From Candidatus Micrarchaeia archaeon (GTDB lineage Archaea; Micrarchaeota; Micrarchaeia; CABMEP01): 54,845 nucleotides of DNA. Every line of letters starts with the position of its first letter. Positions within the stretch are counted from its first letter, which is position 1. Under the pieces are notes generated by a model that was not told the origin of the DNA, ran no database searches, and saw nothing but the letters and a program-made list of their open reading frames with translations. Of this stretch, positions 18,501 through 28,324 are shown piece by piece. The stretch lies in assembly GCA_038886535.1 (NCBI GenBank), contig JAVZXS010000004.1, forward strand, positions 1 through 54,845. Reading direction: 5' to 3'. Position numbers and translations under genes: made by a program.

Positions 18501-21500
18501 ATCATATTTCCAGTGTCTATATCCTCAACGACATAAGTCGAAGCTGGTGTGAAACAGAATTGCTCGATAGAACCGACTTTACATGTTTGTGTTAATTCAT
18601 CAAAACTGCAATCAACGTCCGGATAGGTTGGTTCGCATGAAATTAAATTCAAACTGCAATAAGAACCGTCGTCTTTTATTTTCTTTCCTTCTGATATTAA
18701 ACATGATGATCCATTAAGTTTGCATGATACTTTATCTTCATATCCTTGTTTAGGTGTGCATGTTTGAGTATACATATATTTACAATAATCACCATTATCG
18801 ACATTATAATTTGAAATTACTTTACAACCTCCTGGGGTTGAAACACAATTTATATTTCCTAGTGTTGAATAGTTGATCTTCTTACCGCATCCAAATTTAC
18901 ATGGACAGTTTTCTTCACTGCTGCATAAAAATACTGATGGAGAAGAGAACATACATTTTTCAGACTCTAAAATACAATTACTTGGAAATGGAGTGATTGA
19001 GCTTCCTCCTGTCTTAATGCTGCATGACTTAGCATATGTAACTGTTCTTTGGTTAGCTGCATAGCACTTGCATGCTTTGAAGCTTACACCAGGTTTCATA
19101 TATACGGTAAAGTTTGGATTATCTAAACCTGGAAAAACGAAATTATACTGTCCTGTTTTCAAGCATGTTTCAACTAATCTATCTCCTGAACAATTGTATG
19201 CATTTCTATTAAATATAGTACAGGAAGAAGACTTCTGATAAGACATACTTGCAAGAACATTGCTTCCGTCACAAGGCAGGGCACCGCACATTTTATTAGT
19301 GGGACATGTACATCTACCATCATAACCTATATCACATGCGTATGTTGTATAATATCTTTCAGTTCTTTGAGCAGTTGTTACTGAACAGAAACGATTGTCA
19401 GTCAATGTGTATGGATTTGATTTTTCTGCTGATGTCAATAATGAAGGTGTATAATAACAATATGGATCATTTATTGAGTTATTAATACAACCTATATCTG
19501 AGTATAAACCAGTTGGACTACATATTATATTATTACCTGATTTTTGGACATTACATAATAAATTAGATACATCTGTCTTTTCCTTCCCTGAAAAGTAATT
19601 AAATTGAAGAAGACCAGTACTTGAAACTGAACAATTAATTATCGAAGCTAGAGAAGAATCCTTAACTACAGAACCACCACTACATGCTCCACCATCTAAT
19701 CTTGCTTGGAACAGACATTGTGGTTGAATGCCTGGCACTCCAGGTTGAGTATCTTTAGAATAGTCTGTTGTGCATTCTAAATCATTTGAATACTGGTCTT
19801 TGACAACACATGAAATATTATTATCTAATCTACATGCTATTGATGGATTAATTAAATAATAAGAGCAATATGTAGATGGATCTGATTCATTTACTATTCC
19901 TGTGCATCTATAATCTCCAGTCTGCTGCTTTACAGAACAGTTATAAATTCTCTTACAAACGCTACCTGAATCTATCGCTTGAATACCTAATGGATAAATA
20001 GTTCTTTCAGCTATCTTCTCACCAGTATCTAGGTTAGTAATTGATATATTCCTAGGAGAGTCTGGAATAAAACATACTTTGCTATCGTGATCAACCGCAA
20101 TTGATTTAGTTTCAAACTCCCCATTTCTAATGGAAATATTAATGATTGAATTCCTGACAACTATCTCTCCAGTGCCAACAATTATTGTATTATTTCTAAC
20201 TGTATAAGTTGCATTTCCAGCCTTGTCTGGAATCCATGTTACAATCCCTGGAATTCCATTTGCATATTTAGGAAGATTTAAACTATATGTATGATCAACG
20301 TTTAATTCATCTGTAAGTTTAATTTCAACTCTATAATCCGAATCAGGATCATAGTTATTGAATTTGACAGGCCCACCAACTGCAACCATTCCAGATTCTG
20401 GATAAATAGGAGTTGATATTATCCCAATATTTGCATCATAAGCAACTGTTGTAATGTTTCCTTTCATGTTGGAAAGCTGATCATAGAATTGGAATGATGT
20501 ATTTTTTGGCGTGTCGGAAGTTGAATTTGATTGTAATGGTAATAGAGTGAAAGATCTTGAAGAAATGATATTGCTTTCATTTTTAATTAAATCGATTGTA
20601 TGGTCGATTACGTCCTTGTTTGTGAATGTAATTGTACTTCCTGCAGGTATGAATGCTTCAGATGGAGAGAAAACAGATGAATGTATCTTTACTGTGACAT
20701 TGTGGAATGAAGGAATAAGCAATGACATTGCGCCTTCATCTGCATACTTTCTCATATCATAAAGAATTTGAGAGGATAAATCTCCATGAATAACCTGAGT
20801 TGGAAGATCTAATGTTTGATTGTTTAGTGGGTTTTCTAATATGGATTCGTTTGTATCTGCAAAGGTGATCACGATGGTCTTATTTGTATTATTTTCATAA
20901 AGTATTGAAGTATAAGGTTCAATTGGAGCAGGCAGTATTAATAAATCCCCATTTGAACCTGATTTATTTAATTTTATCTGTGGAGGACCTAATATATTTA
21001 TCGGGATCTGTGACAATGCATTTATTATGGTTTGATTTGTAATTCCACTTCTAGTCAAATTTTCTTTAATAGTTAAATCAGTTAATACTGTACTTTGACT
21101 AATTTCAAATAAATAAAATGAATTAGACAAAATATTAATTTCATCTCCATTTGATTCTACTCTTATAGTGTGGTTTTTATCATCAGTATTTTCCACATAA
21201 AGCAATAGCTTTGTATAGCTCTTAACTGGAGAATTAATTATAGTAATTTCATTTTCGGTTTTCACTATATCTGCCAATCCAGTTGAATTAGCCAATAAAG
21301 TAATATAGGAAATCTCATACAACTCAGATGGAACGCTCTGCCTGTTTATGATCTTGAAATACGAAGGAGAGGTGATGTATAATTCTCCTGATTGAGTCAT
21401 ATTAACATTTGGTGGATTTACAAATAGTGAAAATGGAATAGGACCTCTTGGAGCCAAGATTGCACCTTTACCATCTATAACTCCAACATCTGAATAAATC

Positions 21501-23881
21501 TCCTTTCCATCCAGCTGGCGCGTATAAATATTTCCTTCCTGCATAGTAGACTTATCTATACAGTTTGTTTGCGATGGAGCTAAGATTATGTAATTTCCAT
21601 TTTCATCTTTTAAGGTGTGATTCTTATTATCGTTATTAATCCAACATATTTGAGAGCCAGGCTTTACAATTAATGAAATAGTATCGAAGCCTGCGCCACC
21701 TGAGAGTATTTGGATGTTTCTTGAATCAACCTCTTTAATATTCACAATGTTCTTCACATCTAAATTAGGTACAAATGTAGTTACATATGAATCTGTCTTG
21801 TTCATAGTGGGCCAACATACATTATCTGAAAGTGGTGGGATCTTGCCTGAGAAGAATGTCTTTCCTGACGAAGATTTCGTTATAATATTTCTTGAGATTG
21901 CTGATGGATTAACCCAGCATATCTTTGTTCCAGGTGTACTTTCTACTTCTTCAGGTTCAAAACCAATAGGCTGAATAGAAACTGTTGCGGAAGGCTTTCC
22001 ATTTCCTATTGTCCAATTTGCAACTCTTCCATCTGTTGTTATTCCCTGATATTTTCCAGGTAACGCACCTTTAATGCAGCAATATGAATTTGTAGACAAT
22101 GTTTCATTAGTCAGCCATATCCATTCATATCCATTTTCAGTTTCTGTGTATCTTGAAATTGAAATGCTTAAACCTTCAGTTTCGCTTCTAAAACAAATCA
22201 AATCTCCAAGCGGCCTGTATATTTCATATCCTGGATCAATAGTTCCATCTCTCTTAAACAAGAATCTCTGAAGTGGAGACTGAACGAATAAATAACCAGT
22301 TTTACCTGTTGTGATATCATTAATCTTATACTCTCCTGTTTGTGGCGCTCTTATTGTTTCAACTGGATTTGAAAGATTGAGAGTAAAATTATTTTCATAG
22401 CTATAATTATCAAATCTATTCACACTTGTCATACTCAAGTTATGCTCTTTTCTTTCAATCAGGCTAAAATTAACAAATCCATCTGCATTAACCACTGTAT
22501 AATTCGGAACTATATTATTTCCTATATAAATCTGAGTAGTATCTTTTGCGCTTAGTACTGATAAATAAGCATAGTCTCCATTTGAATCTTTTATGTGATA
22601 AAAGCCTTCATATGGTAGATAGCATGAAGATTGTTTTGGCTGAAGAATGTATTGTCTCACTATACTTTGATCCTGAAGATTGATTATAGTTATATCATGT
22701 CTCTTATTGTCTTTATTATCAATACAGAGCTCTAAGCCTGATGGGATTGTCATAAATGGAGGATCAAATGTTGTATTTCCAAGTGAGATGTTTACTATAG
22801 TTTCTTTCCATGGGACACAGAGCTTCTTTGCCTCTTCATAATCCTGGAATGATGGGCCTTGGCCTAACATAAAGAATGGAACCTGTATTTTTCCAGCTGG
22901 CTGTGTTTCTTTAGTAACTGGATTGTATGAATACGTTCCATAATATGATTGAAGATAGTTGCTAAGCTTGCTGAATGGGGTATTGTTATCAAGAAATGTT
23001 CTTCCGCCCTGGAATGTAGAAAATGAGTCATAACTGCAGTTTACAAAATCATATGATTCTGAAGTATAAACATTTTTACATCTCCAATTAACATTATAGC
23101 TTGCGAAAGGTGTACAAGAAATAAAGTAAGAAACATCCATGTTTGATTTGTGTTTTTTATTTGGCCAACTACCGTATTCTTTTCCAGTAACTGTCCATGT
23201 ACCTAAAAAACTAAGATTCCCAACTAATCTGTTATTTTCTGGAGTTAAAGTTAATGGTAGTACGAAAAACGAGTATTGTCCATCAAAATGGTCTCCTGGA
23301 GATAAGATGTCAGATGAACCATCAAACATCAAGGTAAATGAACCCCCCTGATATTTACCTTTTGAAACACTAACAAATACACCTACATAACATTTCAAAG
23401 TTAGATTACTCATTCCATAAGATATTGGTGATACTACATTTCTTGAATCTTCTAATGTTATGCTACCACCATGTGGAGTCCCCACATGGCCTGAACCTGA
23501 CATTATATAGCTATTTCCTGCTAAAACTAGATATGTATTTGTTTCCTCACAACTCCAACCTTTTTCAGCTGAAAGAGAATAAGTCACTTCGTCGACCTTT
23601 GAATAAGAAGGACCTATGGGTCCTTTACAGATATAATCAGAAGTTGCAGTTCTCTTCTCCTTAAGAAAAGCACCGCAGGTAGATTCATTGTAACCAGCAC
23701 AGACATCGCTTCCTTTCGTTACCGTAACTGGAACTGTTGTACTTATCCCTTCTCTTGGCTTTAATTCAATGCATCCAGAGACAAGAATAAATATTAAAGA
23801 AAAGATGATCAGAAAAACCATCATATTTGAAAAAGATGAAGGCTTGATTTCAATTTCTTTTTTCATTTCAGATTTATTCAT
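15506..23881 (-). CDS. Giant (2791 aa) predicted surface lipoprotein with cupredoxin-fold repeats, Cys-rich repeats and an alpha/beta C-terminal domain
   Basis: Hydrophobic N-region ending LVSG|C (lipobox-like); repeated F(D/E/S)Px5-6PGxx(I/V)x(W/F)xNxDxxxH units; 14 C-x5-C-xn-C-xn-C units; many NxS/T sequons. Confidence 0.8.
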   Translation of the reverse strand: MNKSEMKKEIEIKPSSFSNMMVFLIIFSLIFILVSGCIELKPREGISTTVPVTVTKGSDVCAGYNESTCGAFLKEKRTATSDYICKGPIGPSYSKVDEVTYSLSAEKGWSCEETNTYLVLAGNSYIMSGSGHVGTPHGGSITLEDSRNVVSPISYGMSNLTLKCYVGVFVSVSKGKYQGGSFTLMFDGSSDILSPGDHFDGQYSFFVLPLTLTPENNRLVGNLSFLGTWTVTGKEYGSWPNKKHKSNMDVSYFISCTPFASYNVNWRCKNVYTSESYDFVNCSYDSFSTFQGGRTFLDNNTPFSKLSNYLQSYYGTYSYNPVTKETQPAGKIQVPFFMLGQGPSFQDYEEAKKLCVPWKETIVNISLGNTTFDPPFMTIPSGLELCIDNKDNKRHDITIINLQDQSIVRQYILQPKQSSCYLPYEGFYHIKDSNGDYAYLSVLSAKDTTQIYIGNNIVPNYTVVNADGFVNFSLIERKEHNLSMTSVNRFDNYSYENNFTLNLSNPVETIRAPQTGEYKINDITTGKTGYLFVQSPLQRFLFKRDGTIDPGYEIYRPLGDLICFRSETEGLSISISRYTETENGYEWIWLTNETLSTNSYCCIKGALPGKYQGITTDGRVANWTIGNGKPSATVSIQPIGFEPEEVESTPGTKICWVNPSAISRNIITKSSSGKTFFSGKIPPLSDNVCWPTMNKTDSYVTTFVPNLDVKNIVNIKEVDSRNIQILSGGAGFDTISLIVKPGSQICWINNDNKNHTLKDENGNYIILAPSQTNCIDKSTMQEGNIYTRQLDGKEIYSDVGVIDGKGAILAPRGPIPFSLFVNPPNVNMTQSGELYITSPSYFKIINRQSVPSELYEISYITLLANSTGLADIVKTENEITIINSPVKSYTKLLLYVENTDDKNHTIRVESNGDEINILSNSFYLFEISQSTVLTDLTIKENLTRSGITNQTIINALSQIPINILGPPQIKLNKSGSNGDLLILPAPIEPYTSILYENNTNKTIVITFADTNESILENPLNNQTLDLPTQVIHGDLSSQILYDMRKYADEGAMSLLIPSFHNVTVKIHSSVFSPSEAFIPAGSTITFTNKDVIDHTIDLIKNESNIISSRSFTLLPLQSNSTSDTPKNTSFQFYDQLSNMKGNITTVAYDANIGIISTPIYPESGMVAVGGPVKFNNYDPDSDYRVEIKLTDELNVDHTYSLNLPKYANGIPGIVTWIPDKAGNATYTVRNNTIIVGTGEIVVRNSIINISIRNGEFETKSIAVDHDSKVCFIPDSPRNISITNLDTGEKIAERTIYPLGIQAIDSGSVCKRIYNCSVKQQTGDYRCTGIVNESDPSTYCSYYLINPSIACRLDNNISCVVKDQYSNDLECTTDYSKDTQPGVPGIQPQCLFQARLDGGACSGGSVVKDSSLASIINCSVSSTGLLQFNYFSGKEKTDVSNLLCNVQKSGNNIICSPTGLYSDIGCINNSINDPYCYYTPSLLTSAEKSNPYTLTDNRFCSVTTAQRTERYYTTYACDIGYDGRCTCPTNKMCGALPCDGSNVLASMSYQKSSSCTIFNRNAYNCSGDRLVETCLKTGQYNFVFPGLDNPNFTVYMKPGVSFKACKCYAANQRTVTYAKSCSIKTGGSSITPFPSNCILESEKCMFSSPSVFLCSSEENCPCKFGCGKKINYSTLGNINCVSTPGGCKVISNYNVDNGDYCKYMYTQTCTPKQGYEDKVSCKLNGSSCLISEGKKIKDDGSYCSLNLISCEPTYPDVDCSFDELTQTCKVGSIEQFCFTPASTYVVEDIDTGNMMIVEGYDRYKPLEIDIQKSEFTPSFVTTSPLSEVCFQSLDGKIHRVSVPDRVKSDGYIDVYPDRQTCLNFPYNSEPWTVRLQDKPDVAAGIKSIKQDIEVVVKSQMFDPSDLILRPNTSITFINTDSESHQLNKAIPSANFVKLILQNNILTSDSFFYNILKAEWMDIIECKNDSDCPEGSFCDVEKRCHPIKFCIRDDECPSPSICHNYKCILTKQCQTDLECGVNSKCIDDGTGIKKCITLDIQCSDSFDCYSSDPNSICINNKCTRITNCTNSLDCPSGFVCSSQTCTMIESCTDNSDCPINSVCYQGKCAMPVINNCSLDSDCPIGMYCTIVDETEDGEKIRACISSSCISNSDCSEDSNTACVTNFITNENNCTLYSPSYTEPLCTIDADCLEGGCIEGRCVISKNCSQDSDCGLINGIQSVCESSVCKIPVKCSTSTDCRSGEICQDGFCRILHDRICTTDSECNLDEICQEMKCIKKQNCSSTTNCNSLQSGAACTNASSSSPAFCQSSTNCTSDAHCASNQYCDLGIKQCISYPKTTCDSPLYGSDVSQVNVSFKLPLSTYKAYLIYSFNDNGNIFLNGQTILPTTKFRCQYSSGSGVTYIDNYSQTQQWRIPLGLLKLGNEENNMSITTCSCSGQKGFNISILYYYVSPEGIREESIIIDPNSKIQIFSPQQTEELVYIDNKTKNVLPISVKSIINSTGDIDCSTDLSSMALAIGSYERLDYATQACDSGKQIECASYNPYGPATVTFFASESGLNLSNESERLCAFQQLASVKNICPNCTTVLNVGDANITQLKDILNSANSTLILGKNAIEFVDVIGYDEFLNNYPSCSFEDIMNSIVNKSKLGLYNYTKPSIIMRFGLKDGTSNTNSACNWTDESIVTAYQDFYGIWIPILAGSGVLGTAQYCLTDPCPSFDFYGLLTSGKTNKPWTDAWFREGCGRYYYAAEGLSFTTFSMKETNYSMCDPSKMLTLLQTAQCAVGKYTLKSGTS
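16890..17995 (-). repeat. Tandem array of 14 four-Cys protein repeats (CxxDxDC...C...C) inside the giant protein
   Basis: e.g. CKNDSDCPEGSFCDVEKRC, CIRDDECPSPSICHNYKC, CTDNSDCPINSVCYQGKC, CSTSTDCRSGEICQDGFC, CTSDAHCASNQYCDLGIKQC. Boundaries approximate. Confidence 0.85.
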
Positions 23882-23973
23882 CTATTCACCTTCTTCATCT
23901 TTTCTTCTTGATTTAATTTATACGTAAAGCATTTAAGTTTAATTTATTATTTATTGAAAAAGTTCTATTATTT

Positions 23974-24741
23974 TCATGATTGATATTGTTTTTTTGTATA
24001 GTTTGAAAGGATCAAATAAAATTCTGAATCACCTACTTTTATTGGGAATGGAAGATCTGAAAACCAAAGGTATAAAGTTTGTGTTTCTTTAAGACCTTCG
24101 ATAATTTGTGAGTGGGTATATTCATATTTTATTGCATTGAATGTAAACGCTCCTGCCTCTATCTTTTCATTTAATAGTTCTTTCATATTTTGCTTGCATA
24201 TTTTGAAGGGAATGTCTGGGGGGCTGCACTCTCCAGAATAATTATAAGTTGAGTTTCCTAAAATTAATATATAGGAAGAGTTTTTACAATTATAATCTGA
24301 ATCATAAATAGTTTCTATTATTGTAATCGCAGATGATAAAAGTGAAATGTTTGAATTTTTAATAGCTTGAGAATAATCTTCTAACTTTGTGAAATCTATC
24401 GTGCTTATTTCTTTTTTAATGAATCCAGAATCAGCTTCAGAAAAATTATATTCTAGAGTTCCTATTTGCGTTCCGTTTTTTATAATCAAATATGTAATAT
24501 TGTACTCAATAGAATCTTTTGTGAAGCTTGAATTGCAAGAATAGTCTTCTATAGACAATTCTGTTTGTTCAACTTTTGGAGAATTTTTTACCAACAAAGA
24601 TGGAAGAATTGCAAGAACGTAGGCTATTACCATTAGTCCAAATATAATTGCAAAATAAAAAGTAAACTGCTTAATGAAATCTTTTTTATTATTGTTTTGA
24701 ACTGATGAAACTTCAGCTTCGAATTTCTTTTTCTTATTCAT
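23974..24741 (-). CDS. Single-TM membrane-anchored extracellular protein (possible DUF3108-like beta fold)
   Basis: N-terminal TM; sequon-rich ectodomain; EKIEAGAFTFNAIKY resembles the ExITVPAGTF motif. Confidence 0.55.
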   Translation of the reverse strand: MNKKKKFEAEVSSVQNNNKKDFIKQFTFYFAIIFGLMVIAYVLAILPSLLVKNSPKVEQTELSIEDYSCNSSFTKDSIEYNITYLIIKNGTQIGTLEYNFSEADSGFIKKEISTIDFTKLEDYSQAIKNSNISLLSSAITIIETIYDSDYNCKNSSYILILGNSTYNYSGECSPPDIPFKICKQNMKELLNEKIEAGAFTFNAIKYEYTHSQIIEGLKETQTLYLWFSDLPFPIKVGDSEFYLILSNYTKKQYQS

Positions 24742-24763
24742 ATTATCACTCCAATATCGCAGT

Positions 24764-26011
24764 TTATAATAATCTTAACATTGTTCTTCCTATCTCTGAA
24801 ATGTCTGCACCTAATATGCTTGACAATGAACGGACAAATATAAATGTGACTCCTAATGAAATAAGCATATACAAGAACGCAGTGAATCTAATAGAAGACG
24901 TCCCTGCCTGCAATTGCGGTATAGCCGCGTCTAATGTTGCAGCGAGATCAGATGCAGAAGAGAGGATCTGAGTGGTTGCACCAATGTTTAACGGGCATGT
25001 CTTTTCCAATTGAGAGTAATCAAATGCAACTTGAAGATTGCATCCTTCTATCTGCTTAGGTGTTCCAGTGTATAATAAAGTGAATGTCAAAGGATAGATT
25101 AGATAAAATCCTATCGCTATCGCAACCAGCACAGCCCCAGCACCCCTGGTAGGTGGAAATGTTCTAAGTATTAACCCTATAGGCAAAAAGACCGTAAACA
25201 TGGATGTCTCTATAAATTTCAGAACTGCTATCTGGGCATAAAGAAATATCATAAGCCAAGTAAGTTCATTTGCTTGAAATTCATACTTTGCTGCAGTTTC
25301 TGATAGAGATGTGAACGCAAGAGGGTTTGGAACTGAAAATTTCACTTTTCCTGGCGTAATTACTTGTACATCTATATTCAGATTAATTATTGTTTGAATC
25401 GCTTTTGAATTCTCATATGTTGTTTTTAATTTATTTTGAACACAACTTATCATATTCTTAAGAAATGCATATGAAACATCAAATGGATTGATCTGTACAT
25501 TTCCAGAAAGTGCAGCGGCAGGTGAGGTACCTTGAGATTGAAGGACTAACGCAGCTGTGATTGCTCCTGAAGTATTTTCTAATCTTGTAAGCATATCTGT
25601 TTCAAATATTTCAAATCCAAATAAAAATGCAATCAAAAGAAATGAAGCTAACACTTGCATTAATTCAGCAAATGCGATTCTCTTGTACTGATCAGATTGG
25701 AATGCATAAGCTATCATATAAAATATTGCAACACCTAAAAGCGATATAAGCAAAACTATTACAGATATGCTAACCCAAGGTGAAATTCCTCCAATTGGAG
25801 TGGATCTAATTAGAGTTTTGCTCCAGCATTCTGCACTTGTGAGGCATTCCCTGCATTCTCCATTTTCACATATCTGTCCGCTTGGGCAATTTTGATCTGT
25901 AATGCTGCATGAAATTGCACTCACTTGATTTAAAATAAGTAAAAATAGTATTATATGTAGAAATAATGAATGAATTGATTTTATTTTACTTTTTTGTGGA
26001 TTTACAAACAT
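24764..26011 (-). CDS. CedA/VirB6-like polytopic membrane protein, paralog 6, with N-terminal Cys-rich module
   Basis: KRIAFAELMQVLAS; LPIGLILRTFPPTRGAGAVLVAIAIGFYLIYP; ends SLSSILGADISEIGRTMLRLL. Start moved to the ATG at 26011 (GGTGA RBS, removes overlap). Confidence 0.65.
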   Translation of the reverse strand: MFVNPQKSKIKSIHSLFLHIILFLLILNQVSAISCSITDQNCPSGQICENGECRECLTSAECWSKTLIRSTPIGGISPWVSISVIVLLISLLGVAIFYMIAYAFQSDQYKRIAFAELMQVLASFLLIAFLFGFEIFETDMLTRLENTSGAITAALVLQSQGTSPAAALSGNVQINPFDVSYAFLKNMISCVQNKLKTTYENSKAIQTIINLNIDVQVITPGKVKFSVPNPLAFTSLSETAAKYEFQANELTWLMIFLYAQIAVLKFIETSMFTVFLPIGLILRTFPPTRGAGAVLVAIAIGFYLIYPLTFTLLYTGTPKQIEGCNLQVAFDYSQLEKTCPLNIGATTQILSSASDLAATLDAAIPQLQAGTSSIRFTAFLYMLISLGVTFIFVRSLSSILGADISEIGRTMLRLL

Positions 26012-26025
26012 AATTTCACCGTATC

Positions 26026-27162
26026 TCAGATCATTCTTGCCAAACCAGAGATGTCTACTTCCTGGCCTAATGCCTTGCTTAATTCTCTGACGATTGCTAC
26101 TAATATAATCCAATTAATTGCAGGCAATATAAAAACATATAAAATCACACCGCCTGTTGCAATATATGCCTCGTTCAGTCTATCTATTGCTTCTCCACCT
26201 TTGCCGAATAATGAATTGTAGATAGTTATAAGACTGCCTAAAGGAGCTGCTGATAGTGCTACAGATTTGGCTACAGCACTATTTATCTCACTTTCCCAAT
26301 CCATATCTGGCAAACCTACATTTGGATCTGGCTGACCAATAATCATGTATGAAAATGAAAACAGTAATGGATAGAAAAAGAATAAGCCTACACTTATTGC
26401 AATCAGGACACCGCCTAAATCTCTTGTTGGCGAAAAACATCTCAATACTACTCCTGCTGGAAGAAGCAGATTAAGGAAATACAGCTGAATTGCATCTAGC
26501 ACCACAATATATCCAGTAATCAATGAATATGAAAGTTGAACTAGACTGGAGAACCAGTTAAGAGCACCTATTGTAATTCCATACCCTGCAAAAGGTTTAA
26601 AGTAAACTCCTATATGCAGAAATGCGCCCAAGTCTATAAAGTTTGGATTGTTTATATTGAATGTAGATAATCCAGTTATAATCATCATTGCATTTGTACA
26701 TTTAAGATAGGCATTAAGCGCTGATGCCCTTGAGTATTCAAGATACATTCTTGCTCCATCGAAAAATGAAGTAAAATTAAATCCAAATTGAGATGCATCA
26801 ATGCTACAAATAAAGAGCAATATTGAATAAAGAACTCCAAGCATTATTGCGGTCACAACTACCTGGATCATATCTGTCTTAGCTCTAGCTATAAGTTGTG
26901 GGGAATCTAAAGATTTACCTATTAAATATGCAAAAATTAACAGAAATAAAGAAACCAATAATCCAATAAATGACAAAGATTTCCAATTCTGTTCTACGCC
27001 TATGGCACTGTTGCTTTGATTTCCAAAATCCAAAAGCAATGCAACTTCACAACCATTTGGCATATTGTCTTGGTTAGTATTTGTTTGAGCATGTACAGGA
27101 TTAAGTAGAATAATGAGAAGCTGCAAAGCTAAATACAATATATGTTCGAATCTCATTTTCAT
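26026..27162 (-). CDS. CedA/VirB6-like polytopic membrane protein, paralog 5
   Basis: ARAKTDMIQVVVTA; LPAGVVLRCFSPTRDLGGVLIAISVGLFFFYP; ends ELSKALGQEVDISGLARMI. Confidence 0.65.
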   Translation of the reverse strand: MKMRFEHILYLALQLLIILLNPVHAQTNTNQDNMPNGCEVALLLDFGNQSNSAIGVEQNWKSLSFIGLLVSLFLLIFAYLIGKSLDSPQLIARAKTDMIQVVVTAIMLGVLYSILLFICSIDASQFGFNFTSFFDGARMYLEYSRASALNAYLKCTNAMMIITGLSTFNINNPNFIDLGAFLHIGVYFKPFAGYGITIGALNWFSSLVQLSYSLITGYIVVLDAIQLYFLNLLLPAGVVLRCFSPTRDLGGVLIAISVGLFFFYPLLFSFSYMIIGQPDPNVGLPDMDWESEINSAVAKSVALSAAPLGSLITIYNSLFGKGGEAIDRLNEAYIATGGVILYVFILPAINWIILVAIVRELSKALGQEVDISGLARMI

Positions 27163-28310
27163 ATCAATCTCACCAATGTGCTGAAGTCTATCTCTCCACC
27201 TAGCACCTCTGCAAGCCTCTTAATTATATTTAGAACTACTAAATAAGCTACAAATGGAAGAATGGTAGCTTGTATTAATAAAACTGTTGTCAGACTTTCA
27301 AAATCGCCTCCGACTCCAAAGTATTTTTGAAGAGTTGAAAGAACTTCGTCTTTAGCTATTTTTATTCCTATTTTTACTTGCTCAAAAAATCCTATTGATG
27401 GCGGATGTATTGAACATACATCTTTTTGATAAAAATGATAACCTATATCCTCTATGATCAAATAAAATATGGGCAGAAAAATTGTAAATCCGAATGTTAT
27501 TGCTATCATCGCTGCTCCTGCCCCCCTGGTATATGGAAATGATCTCAATATCAATCCAAGTGGAAGCACGATACTAAACAATGCAGAATTCAGTTTTAGT
27601 ATTTCAAGTTGAAGCTTAAGCTGGATAATAGTTGTTGCAAGCGCACCTATTAGAACTGACATTATAGAAGTGAGACCTCCTCCGGTTGGAAATAATGGAT
27701 AAAAGTTGCTAAATGAACCAGAAATTAATTGAATAGAGGTGGATGCTAAAGAGGACAATGAAGAGGATATTCTTACTATTTCCAATGTTGCGTCTTTAGT
27801 GTAACTTAAAAGACAGCCTACATATTTTTCAGAATGTGACTGGACATTTATCCATTTAGTATCTGAAAGTGAACGAACAGTGCTTTCAGCCGGATATGCT
27901 AGATTTGAATTATAAATTGCAGGTGCGAAAATGTTTAAAGAAGCTAAAAGGCCTAGATAAACAGAAAGAATTACTGCTGTGCCAAGTATTTGATAAAGAA
28001 ATTCTTTAGACCATTCTTTAATTCTTGTATGCTCGAATGCAATGCCCAGACCATAAAATATTGAGCCTATAATGATACCGATTAAAATTAGTATTGTACT
28101 CAAATTGACTAATAAGTCAGGGACACATACATTGTTGTAAAGATATGTTCCAAAGTAACCGCATTCTGTTGCAGCAAAGGATATTGAAATTAAGATGAAA
28201 AATATAATTAAGCTTCTTGCAGATAAATCTAATATCGAACTTGCGTTTTTCTTTTTCTTTGTTTTATTATTTTTCATAAACTCACTTACACCAAACATCA
28301 TAGTATCCAC
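27159..28310 (-). CDS. CedA/VirB6-like polytopic membrane protein, paralog 4
   Basis: KEWSKEFLYQILGTA; LPLGLILRSFPYTRGAGAAMIAITFGFTIFLP; ends RLAEVLGGEIDFSTLVRLI. Confidence 0.65.
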   Translation of the reverse strand: MDTMMFGVSEFMKNNKTKKKKNASSILDLSARSLIIFFILISISFAATECGYFGTYLYNNVCVPDLLVNLSTILILIGIIIGSIFYGLGIAFEHTRIKEWSKEFLYQILGTAVILSVYLGLLASLNIFAPAIYNSNLAYPAESTVRSLSDTKWINVQSHSEKYVGCLLSYTKDATLEIVRISSSLSSLASTSIQLISGSFSNFYPLFPTGGGLTSIMSVLIGALATTIIQLKLQLEILKLNSALFSIVLPLGLILRSFPYTRGAGAAMIAITFGFTIFLPIFYLIIEDIGYHFYQKDVCSIHPPSIGFFEQVKIGIKIAKDEVLSTLQKYFGVGGDFESLTTVLLIQATILPFVAYLVVLNIIKRLAEVLGGEIDFSTLVRLI

Positions 28311-28324
28311 TTATTTTCATATGC

